Assembly: GCA_024276995.1 (NCBI GenBank)
Contig: JAJRWB010000012.1
Location: 24,173-88,172, forward strand
Reading direction: 5' to 3'
From: Candidatus Eiseniibacteriota bacterium
GTDB lineage: Bacteria > Orphanbacterota > Orphanbacteria > Orphanbacterales > Orphanbacteraceae
DNA length: 64,000 nt
Shown here: one piece after another, positions 52,386 through 60,700 of the stretch
Position numbering within the stretch: the stretch's first letter is position 1
Layout: each line of letters starts with the position of its first letter
Program-made: the position numbers and the translations under genes
Notes under the pieces: model-generated
Databases searched by the model: none
Told to the model about the DNA's origin: nothing
Seen by the model: only the letters and a program-made list of their open reading frames with translations

Positions 52386-54041
52386 CTATCGGAGGAGGGT
52401 GAGGCGCTTCACGGCTCTGGCGCCCGCATGATCCTCGAGAATGCCGTAGTACGTCCCCGTCGAAGCGGGATAGCCGTTCTGCGTGTAGCCATCCCAGGTG
52501 ATGCCCCCCCGGTCGGCGGCGGCCGGCGAGAGGGGTAGGAGACGCACCTGCCGCCCCGTGATGTCGACGATACGAATTCGAGCGTCACGCGAAAGGGGCT
52601 CGGACCGTTTCCCCTGAACAGAAACATGAAATGTGAATGACCGACCCGGGTTCGGCGCGACGAGGAAGAACTCCTCTTCCACCCGGCCGGATCCCGATCC
52701 CGATTCGACCGAAACGACGGCGCCGGCCCCGTAGACATACGACCGACCGGCGACGCCGTTCGACCACGCCCCCACGGCGAAGTCGGGGTTCGTGTCGCCG
52801 CTGAAGGAAAGCGCCGGCGAAGAAGGACTCCCCGCGACGGCATACCCGAACTGGTCGCCGATCGCCTCTCCCTGGATGGAGATCAGGTCTCCCGTCAGTG
52901 GAGGGGCTCCGCCCGGCGAGAGGAAAGCGAAGCCCGTATCGGCGCCTCCCTGGTTCGACCCCGGAACCCCGATGACCAGGTGATCGAAGCCACTGCCGGT
53001 CACGTCCCCGCAACCCGCCACGCTCCGGCCGAGCCAGTCATCTTCCGCCGACCCCCGGACGGTGAAATCGGCGGTCCCGTCGAGGAGGGATCCGCCGTAG
53101 AAGACGTATGCCGCGCCGGCGTCGAGAACGGCGCCAGTATTCGCGTACGGCGCGCCGACGGCGATGTCGAGTTCGCCGTCACCGTTGATGTCTCCGGCGG
53201 CCGCCACGGAGAGGCCGAACTGGTCTCCCGCCGCCGCTCCGGCGACGGTCCAGTCGGCGAGGGTGTCGAGCGACGGCCCGCCGGAATAGACGTAGGCCGC
53301 CCCCTCCCACGTGTGGAGCGCGCTCGAGCGTGGAGCCCCGATGAGCAGGTCGTCCCCCGCGATGCCGTCGACATTGCCCGGCCCGGCGATCGCACCGCCG
53401 AACTGATCGCCCGCCGCCGCGCCGTGAAGGACGAGATCGGCCGTGCCGTCCGGCACAACTCCCCCGAAGAAGACATAGACCGTTCCATTGACCGTGCGCG
53501 GCGCCCCGACGGCGAAATCCATGTAGCCGTCGCCGTTGAGGTCACCCGCGGCGCCGACCGCCCTGCCGAGATAGTCGCCGGCCGCCGTGCCGGTGATGAT
53601 CACGTCGGCGACGGCGTCCATCGGGTTGCCGCCGAGAAAGAGATATGCCCTGCCGGCGCTCGCCCCCGCGGTGCTGTCCAGGAACGCGCCGACCAAGAGG
53701 TCATCGTAATGATCGCCGTTCACGTCGCCCACCCATGCCACGGCGGCGCCGAAAAAGCTTCCCGGATCGCCGGTGATCTCGAGGTCGGCGACTCCGGCCG
53801 GAACCGCCCGGCCGAAGAAGATGGAAACCTTGCCCGCGTTCTGTCCCGCTTCGTCGCTCGTGCTCGAGCCGACGGCGAGATCGGCCCTCCCGTCGCCGTT
53901 CGCGTCTCCACCGAGAGTGAGCGCGATGCCGAACTGTTCACCGGCGACATTGCCGTCCCAGGAAGCGAGAAGATCGACCTGTGAAAAGGCGGGCGGGACG
54001 GAGGCGGAAACCAGGATCAGGATGACAGCCGGAAGCTTCAT
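52386..54041 (-). CDS. FG-GAP (integrin-alpha-like) beta-propeller protein with FlgD/T9SS-type CTD
   Basis: Signal peptide; seven GDxNGDGxxDxxVG-type repeats; C-terminal PNP...DITGRQVR...WDG...GTYY. Confidence 0.9.
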   Translation of the reverse strand: MKLPAVILILVSASVPPAFSQVDLLASWDGNVAGEQFGIALTLGGDANGDGRADLAVGSSTSDEAGQNAGKVSIFFGRAVPAGVADLEITGDPGSFFGAAVAWVGDVNGDHYDDLLVGAFLDSTAGASAGRAYLFLGGNPMDAVADVIITGTAAGDYLGRAVGAAGDLNGDGYMDFAVGAPRTVNGTVYVFFGGVVPDGTADLVLHGAAAGDQFGGAIAGPGNVDGIAGDDLLIGAPRSSALHTWEGAAYVYSGGPSLDTLADWTVAGAAAGDQFGLSVAAAGDINGDGELDIAVGAPYANTGAVLDAGAAYVFYGGSLLDGTADFTVRGSAEDDWLGRSVAGCGDVTGSGFDHLVIGVPGSNQGGADTGFAFLSPGGAPPLTGDLISIQGEAIGDQFGYAVAGSPSSPALSFSGDTNPDFAVGAWSNGVAGRSYVYGAGAVVSVESGSGSGRVEEEFFLVAPNPGRSFTFHVSVQGKRSEPLSRDARIRIVDITGRQVRLLPLSPAAADRGGITWDGYTQNGYPASTGTYYGILEDHAGARAVKRLTLLR

Positions 54042-54068
54042 GTTGTAACCTCCCTCCCGAACGGGACG

Positions 54069-54101
54069 AAAAAGGGGAGGCCGGGCGCGACGCCCGGCCT
54101 C
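54069..54101 (-). terminator. intrinsic terminator
   Basis: Perfect 11-bp stem GAGGCCGGGCG-TCG-CGCCCGGCCTC then CCCTTTTT. Confidence 0.8.
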
Positions 54102-54115
54102 TGTTGAAGCGCGGC

Positions 54116-54598
54116 CTAGAACCGCTCTTTCTGGACGTGGCCCATCGCTTTCCGAACCGCGAAGGCGACGCGCGCGGCAAGGCCGACGGTCTGCGTTCCG
54201 GACCCGCCGCAATCGTTGATTGTCAGCGAAGCGGTGTCGTTCACGCTCCCGCCCGAATCGGTGGCGGTGGCGTCGATGGTCAGCGCTCCGGGTGCCGTCA
54301 ACGGCGGAACGACGAGCGCCACTTCATCGGAAACGACTTCACCCGCGGCCAGCTCGAGCGTGCCGACAACGGGGCCGAAGGACGTGCCGTTGAAATCGAT
54401 CATCACGCTGAGTTCGACCTGCTCGGCATCCGCGCCGACATTCTCCAGAGAGAAGAAGAAACTCACATCGTCGCCCGGGCACGCCTGGGCCGGGTCGAAG
54501 GCGATGTTCAGCGCGACGTCGGCGAACGATGTCGCGGGAACGAGAATCAATGCGAAGAGAGCGACGGCCAGGCCTGCGGTGGTCATGATGTTCTTCAA
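54116..54598 (-). CDS. small secreted Ig-like protein (160 aa)
   Basis: TTG start 7 nt after GGAGG; signal peptide ending TSFA-D; PGDDVSFFFSLENVG beta-sandwich pattern; two Cys; basic C-terminal tail. Confidence 0.75.
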   Translation of the reverse strand: MKNIMTTAGLAVALFALILVPATSFADVALNIAFDPAQACPGDDVSFFFSLENVGADAEQVELSVMIDFNGTSFGPVVGTLELAAGEVVSDEVALVVPPLTAPGALTIDATATDSGGSVNDTASLTINDCGGSGTQTVGLAARVAFAVRKAMGHVQKERF

Positions 54599-54870
54599 CT
54601 TTTTTCCTCCTGTGGAATCCCTCCTTAACATCGGGATCGGGATTCCGATTCGTGTTAACGCCACGGGTAGGAATTGCGGACATCGAATCTCGAGGGGGCG
54701 GGACATTGCGAACGGAGGAAGGCGGCCTCCGTGGAGACAACTCCTACCCCGTATTGCCATACCCGCGACGGCCGGCTGTCCGCCCGTCCCGGGGACCACG
54801 GGGCCGCCCCCCGACCCCCGTACAACCCCGGTTGCAGGCGGTTTACGAAGGCGGTCGCCCCTCGAGGACA

Positions 54871-54904
54871 GACACTTCATTCCCTGTTACACCTGTACGG
54901 AAAA
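54871..54904 (-). promoter_or_regulatory. candidate ECF promoter, copy 2
   Basis: TTTTCCGTACAGG-TGTAACAGG-GAATGAAG-TGTC; 22/34 ungapped identity to 56763-56796. Confidence 0.55.
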
Positions 54905-54969
54905 AGCGCGGGGATTTCCCAAGGATTCCTCTTCAGATCCTGGATTTCCCCGGCCGCGCCGCCCCCCTT

Positions 54970-55815
54970 CTACTCGCCCCGGCCGGACGTGTCCGACCCG
55001 GCCTCGAGGCGGAATCGGACCAGCTCGGTCCGATACTCCCGCCCGTCTTCGAGGACGACTTCGAGCCACCACGAGTACTCCCCGCGGTCGAGAAGACCGT
55101 CTCGACGGGTCAGCGTCACTGTCGTCGCGGCGGTTTCGATCGTGGCCACGGGAGAACCGTCGCTTCCGACCACGCGGAGGCGATAGAGAACGGCGCCGGG
55201 CACGGAACGCCATTCGAAGGAGATCTCTCCGGCGGGCCCCCGCCGGATTTCTCCCGTGGGGAAGAGGAGCGTCTCTTTCTCGAGACCGGACGAGAGGCCG
55301 CGGTGATCGCGTTTGATATCGGTCTCCCGCTGCGAGTACCAGATTCCCGTCGCGAGGAGGACGAGGACCGAGGCGGCCGCCAGGCCCGACCGGAAGAGGG
55401 GGCCCTTTCGCAACCTTCCGCCGACCGCCGGGCCGCGCCGGCGCCTGTGCCCATCACGGCCGCCGATCGCGACGGCGTCGCGGATCATCGACTCGGTCGC
55501 TTCCACCTCCTCGGCCCGGTCCGCCGCCGTCGATTCCACGGCGGACCGGCAGATCACGCAGCGTTCCAGGTGAGATTCCGTCAGTTCCAACACGGCGCCG
55601 TCGAGGTTGCCTTCGGAATAGGCTCCCAGAACGAGGGCGCCGGGATGATCGTCGCTGTTCCAGCCCGATCCCTCCTTCAGGAACTCGAATGCGGAAGCAC
55701 ACTTCCCGCAGTACCTCATGTGTGCCCGGGCCGACTCGAGAGAGGAACCGGCAAGTTCACCGTCGAAGAGCATCTCCAATGCTTCGGCATCGATACATTC
55801 CCGTTCAGTTTTCAT
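54970..55815 (-). CDS. membrane anti-sigma factor with two zf-HC2 motifs
   Basis: HMRYCGKC and HLERCVIC; TM GLAAASVLVLLATGIWY; C-terminal FN3-like FEWRSVPGA..YRL...GEYSWWLEV; overlaps the sigma stop. Confidence 0.82.
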   Translation of the reverse strand: MKTERECIDAEALEMLFDGELAGSSLESARAHMRYCGKCASAFEFLKEGSGWNSDDHPGALVLGAYSEGNLDGAVLELTESHLERCVICRSAVESTAADRAEEVEATESMIRDAVAIGGRDGHRRRRGPAVGGRLRKGPLFRSGLAAASVLVLLATGIWYSQRETDIKRDHRGLSSGLEKETLLFPTGEIRRGPAGEISFEWRSVPGAVLYRLRVVGSDGSPVATIETAATTVTLTRRDGLLDRGEYSWWLEVVLEDGREYRTELVRFRLEAGSDTSGRGE

Positions 55816-56617
55816 AGTTCATCTCTTTTCGCAGCAGTTTCGTGATCCGTGCGATCCTCGGGTACACGCTCTTGTAATGTTCCATTCCAATTTCTCCGGC
55901 GATCTCACGTGCGGTCTTTCCATCTTCGAAGCGGAGCCGGGCGATTTTCCTCTCTTCGGGGGCGAGTCTTTCCAGCGCCGCGAGGTATCTCTCCCGGATC
56001 TGTGCGAGTTCCACCCAGCGATCGGGCGATGCGGGGGTGAAACCGATCGGCACCCGGCTTTCGATGATGTCCCGCATCTCGTCTTCGTCGAATGAAAGGG
56101 GGGCCTGCCTTCGAAAGTGGTAGTCGTGGGCGAGATTGGTTCTGTAGACGCTCGTCAGGCTTTCCTCGATCGACCGGATATGGGGCGCGAAATCTCTCAT
56201 TCGCATCTGGATGCCGTACCGGCTGTTGAGCGTCTCGATCACTTCCGCATAAGAAAGGCCGTCCCAGTAGACGAGAACGAAAATCTTGCGACTGAGCGGC
56301 GGCAGTGCTCCGATCGCCCGAGGCATCGTCCGGCGCCCCAGCCTCGAACGGATCGAGTCGATCGTCAGGTTCCGCGTAATCAGCTTCAACCACGTCGGGA
56401 AGCTGCAGAGCTTGTCGCCATCCCCGTCGCCATAGGCGAGAAGGCGCCTGCCGTTCTCCTCCGCCAGCTTCTGCAGCACATAGAGATAAACGTCCATCCG
56501 CTCATCGTCGTCGTCGATCAGCAGGGCGATCGATCGAAGGATGACAGGTGTGTAATCCCGGACGAAGCGTTCCCAACCCGCCACGGGATCGGTTCGAAGC
56601 AGGTGAATCAGATCCAT
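55805..56617 (-). CDS. ECF-type sigma-70 family factor with a large internal insertion
   Basis: sigma2: WERFVRDY...SFPTWLKLITRNLTID; sigma4: ALERLAPEERKIARLRFEDGKTAREIA; start uncertain. Confidence 0.85.
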   Translation of the reverse strand: MDLIHLLRTDPVAGWERFVRDYTPVILRSIALLIDDDDERMDVYLYVLQKLAEENGRRLLAYGDGDGDKLCSFPTWLKLITRNLTIDSIRSRLGRRTMPRAIGALPPLSRKIFVLVYWDGLSYAEVIETLNSRYGIQMRMRDFAPHIRSIEESLTSVYRTNLAHDYHFRRQAPLSFDEDEMRDIIESRVPIGFTPASPDRWVELAQIRERYLAALERLAPEERKIARLRFEDGKTAREIAGEIGMEHYKSVYPRIARITKLLRKEMNYEN

Positions 56618-56762
56618 CTCGGAGCCGTCCCCCTTTACCGGCGCGGGCGGCTCCCGGTGATGGGGCCGGCGAATCGTTTCTCGAGAAGTGCCCGGTATAA
56701 TGAACATATCGGTCGTGAATCTCCCTGTCCCGCGATTTCGACAATCACGCGGGAGACCGGTC

Positions 56763-56796
56763 GACGAACCACCTCCTGGTCTTCCTTTACGGAAAA
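56763..56796 (-). promoter_or_regulatory. candidate ECF promoter, copy 1 (autoregulatory)
   Basis: TTTTCCGTAAAGG-AAGACCAGG-AGGTGGTT-CGTC upstream of the sigma gene. Confidence 0.55.
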
Positions 56797-56835
56797 TCAC
56801 GCGGCGATTCGAAGAGAATCATGCGGGGATTCGAA
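56792..56835. repeat. 22-bp tandem direct repeat (2 copies, 19/22 identical)
   Basis: Minus strand TTCGAATCCCCGCATGATTCTC / TTCGAATCGCCGCGTGATTTTC. Confidence 0.75.
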
Positions 56836-56866
56836 AAAAGATCCGCAATCTAACTCTCTATAATAC

Positions 56867-56895
56867 TTGACGTTAGGCGTTCCGCGTGATATCAT
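56867..56895 (+). promoter_or_regulatory. sigma70 promoter
   Basis: TTGACG-N17-TATCAT with TGn extension. Confidence 0.7.
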
Positions 56896-56907
56896 GATCG
56901 TGTCATC

Positions 56908-57741
56908 ATGAAGAATCGAAACTATCTTCTTCTCCTGCCGGCGCTGCTGGCCGCCGTCTCGTTTTCCTTCGCGGGGAAGCCTGCGGTCTTCTCGAGCGGC
57001 CAGTGCAAAACGGTCTGGGAGAATTCGTCGCCCAGGCTCTATTCCATCGTCCGGAACAACCTCTTCGTTCCGGTACACGTTTCGTACACTTTCGACGGTC
57101 CCGGCGTTTCGCAAAGCGGCTTCCTTTCCATCCAGGCGAGAGACCAAGATTCGCTCTACGTGCAGGTGCCGTCTCTTCCCCTTGGAAGTCACGACTTTGT
57201 TCTCGCCCTGTGGGATACTTCCGCCGTTCCCGACACCCTCTTCTGGACGAGCACGTCATCCGTTCTGGTCGTCGATTCGACGCTCTTCCTTTCGGTGGAG
57301 CCCGATTTCTTCCCCGCGGTGATCGATGGAGATTCGCCTCTCACCTATCCGGCGACACCGAAGAAGACAGTGGTCAAGGTTCCCAAGAACGCTTCCTTCT
57401 CTGATCCCCGTTCGTCGAGCATCTCCTGGAGCTTCTACATCACGAATGCCGACCCGAACGACCCCGGAAACTTGCTTGTCGTTTCGCCCGACTCGGGGAG
57501 CGTCGTGGCGATTCCCGGAGAAGAGTTTTCGGTCTTGACTTTCCTCGACGCCGAGTCACCGGTCGCGCCGGGAACCATCAATACTCTCAACATGCTCGTT
57601 TCTATCCAGGGCACGACGATGCTTCACGTCTGCACCCCGGTGGTCACCGATCAGCTGGGTGCTCTTCCGATAGCGACGGGTGTGCCGGATGCCGAACAGG
57701 AACGTTCTTCCTGGGGCGGGATCAAGACGATTTTTCGGTAA
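56908..57741 (+). CDS. secreted hypothetical protein, beta-rich, ending in SWGGIKTIFR
   Basis: MKNRNYLLLLPALLAAVSFSFA signal peptide; two Cys. Confidence 0.75.
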   Translation: MKNRNYLLLLPALLAAVSFSFAGKPAVFSSGQCKTVWENSSPRLYSIVRNNLFVPVHVSYTFDGPGVSQSGFLSIQARDQDSLYVQVPSLPLGSHDFVLALWDTSAVPDTLFWTSTSSVLVVDSTLFLSVEPDFFPAVIDGDSPLTYPATPKKTVVKVPKNASFSDPRSSSISWSFYITNADPNDPGNLLVVSPDSGSVVAIPGEEFSVLTFLDAESPVAPGTINTLNMLVSIQGTTMLHVCTPVVTDQLGALPIATGVPDAEQERSSWGGIKTIFR

Positions 57742-57753
57742 ACGCCGTCCGTT

Positions 57754-60700
57754 CTAGTTCCGGAGAAGGACGAATCCCGCCCAGTAGTACGGGTTCCGGT
57801 AGTCTTTTCGCTTCCACGGACCGGTTCGAATTCGATCCTTTCTCAGTTCCCGCTGTGCTTCGCTCAGCGCGGAGCGGTTGCTCCGCCCGTCGACGATCCG
57901 GCGGTAGAACCGGACGGCGAACTCCGATGTGGCCCGGTCGTCCACGGGCCAAAGCGTGGCGACCACAGCGTCCGTGCCGGCGTGAAGGAACGCTCCCGTG
58001 AGCCCGATGGGGGCGTATCCCTCCGGGGAGTCCGATCGGTACCCGGCGCCGAGTGCCGTCTCGCAGGCGCCGAGAAAGACGAGCGGAGCGTCGAGACGCA
58101 TCTGGATAATCTCGTACACCGAAAGGCGTCCGTCCTCCCCGCCGCCCCCGGCGAGTTCGACATATGAATAGAGAGGATGAACCGGATCGACGACCCCGTG
58201 CGACGCGATGTGGATGTAGTCGCCCGGTTCGCCCGCCTTTCCGAAAAGTGCTTCCCCGGCATCCTTTCCCACAAGGATGGTGCGCCGGTTTCGTGGAAAG
58301 AGTTTGCCGATCTTTCGCGCCTCCTCGCCGACGTGGGGAAGCTTCTCCTCCCGCTCACCGGGATATGCGAAGATCGTCACTCCCTTTGCGGGACGGCTCT
58401 TCTTCCGCAAGAACGGAGCGAACGACCCGCGCCGCCGGCACAATTCGAATCGATCGCCGAGCCAGGCGATCGGGCCCGCGTCGACGGCGTCCGGGGGCGC
58501 ATCGGCGACCAGCGCGGCGAACGGGAGCGACCGAAGAGGGCCGCCGGGAATGACGGTCACTCTTCGCGCACCGTCGAGAAAAGTGGAGACGGGGTTGATT
58601 AGGATATTGTAAAGGCCTCGAAGGACCGGGACGGTTTCTTCGATCGGGTTTCGCGGATCGGAAAGGAGGCTCCGGGCGAGCCGAACGCGCCCGTCGAGGT
58701 CATCCGAGGCGCAGGAGGTCGTTACGGCGAAGAGCGTTTCGGCGGTGAGCACGAAAATGACCATCGAATCGGCGGTGTTGAAGTATTCCAGGAGGATTTC
58801 GCCGTCATCGAGGCTCTCCTGCATTTCCCGTCGCCCGTTGTTCCCGCTCCACGGCGGCGAAGAATCGCCCCTCCTTCCGTCCGGCAGACGACCGAGGCTC
58901 TCTTCGTGTCTCCGGTACGCCTCTTCCAGTTCACGCCTCAAGTTGTCGGCGCGATCCGGGTCCCCCTGTTCGAGGGCGCTCCTCATCTCCTCGCGGAGCC
59001 GGTCGATGGCGGCACGCCTTTCCCGCTCCTCTCTGGCGGCGGTGTTCTCCGACTCGCTCCTTCCCGCAAGAGGCGAAGCGGCTACGTTGTCGAGGAAAGA
59101 TCGCATCCTCGACCGCCCGGCGGCCAGGAAGGCCTTGTCTACGTCGCCGCGGCGCAGATAGAGAAGAACGAGCGCTTCGTAGGGGCTTCGCTTGGTCTCG
59201 AAGAAACCGGCGCGCCCTCTCGGCGTCACGAACTCGGAGCGGAGGCGCTCGATCTTCTCGATCGCCGACTCGAAAGAGCCGGCGGCCTCCTCGTCCATGG
59301 CGAGATGCCGTTCGACTTTCCCCTTCACGTAATCGAACCGCCAAGCGAGTTCGGGAAGCTGCTCGAGGATCGGTGAGGACGTCGCGCTGTCGAGAACCGA
59401 CAACGCGTCGGCGAACTCTTTCCTTTTTACGTCGATCCGGGAACGAAGGAGGGCGTAATTGAGCTTCCCGATGATTAGATCGGTCCGAACGGCCAGGTCG
59501 TTGTACTCGTCGGCGATCTTCGAGGCCTCTTCGATACGGTTTTCGGAGAAGAGGAGGTCGGCGTATTCCGCGAGGGCGTTGACGACGGCGCCCGCGTCGC
59601 CGAGCAGGCGATACCGCTCGCACGCCTGCTTCATCGATTCGCGGGCCCGCTCCTTCTCTCCAATGGTGTAGCGCGTCCGGGCGATCGCCAGAAGGGCGCC
59701 CGCCTCGGCCTCGACGTCCTCCATGTCGCGGGCGATGGAGCGTGCCGCCTCGAAATTCTCCAGCGCTTTTCCCAAATCCCCTTCGGCGAGGGCGAGACGC
59801 CCGATCATTTCATAGGTGTACCGCCGGATCGTCGGGAGGGAGAGCGAATCGGCCGCTTCGATAAGGCGCTTCGCCATGGTTCGGGCGAGGCGGTACTCCC
59901 CCGTCTCGACGAGCGACGCCGTCTGGTTGAGCCGCGCCAGGAGGAAGCCGGGGGCGTTTCCGGCGACGCTGTCGATCCGGGCGGCCTCCTCGTAGCGCAC
60001 CGCGGCGAGACGGTGATCTCCCACCGTTCCGGCAAGCACCCCCCTGGCGTTCAACAGATCGCTTCGAAGGGGGGCGAGGTTATTCTTTTCGATGACCGTT
60101 TCCGCCGTCGCGAAGGAAGCCCGGGCACCGAAAAAATCGCCGAATCGCCGCGCGAGATTCCCCAGGGCGATCGCCGTTTGCGAAATGCCGACGGGGTTTT
60201 CCATTTCCCGGTGAATCCGAAGCGCTTCCTCCAGGTGGTCGCGCGCATGCGGATAGTCCCCGCGGAGCGCCTCGATCCAGGCGATCGACTGGAGCGTTTC
60301 CGCGATATCCTGCGACGCATTGAGACGGCGGAAGAGCGCGAGCGCCTCGACATACTGGCTCAGTGCTTTGTGATAGTCGCCCGAACTCCAGTCGATCTGT
60401 GCCAGGTAACCGAGCGTCGCCGTCCGGTTGTAGAGATCGCCCTCTTCCTCCTGGAGTTTCGAAGCCGCCTTCAGCAGGCGGGACGCCCTTTCGAGATCGC
60501 CCCGGTTGAGCGCGGAAAGACCGACATAGCTGCTCGCCAACCCTTCGCGGTAGCGGTCTCCGGTTTCCCGAAAGAGTGTGACCGCGGAGTCGAGCATCGC
60601 CTCCGCGGGCACGTATTCGAGGCGCTGAAGGAGACCGATCCCCTTCAGGTAGTATCTCTCGCCCCGGCGCCACTTTGTCTTCTCCTCATCATCGAAGGCG

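Noticed and set aside
56792-56835. Possible mini CRISPR array
   Set aside because: Only two directly adjacent copies with no spacer.
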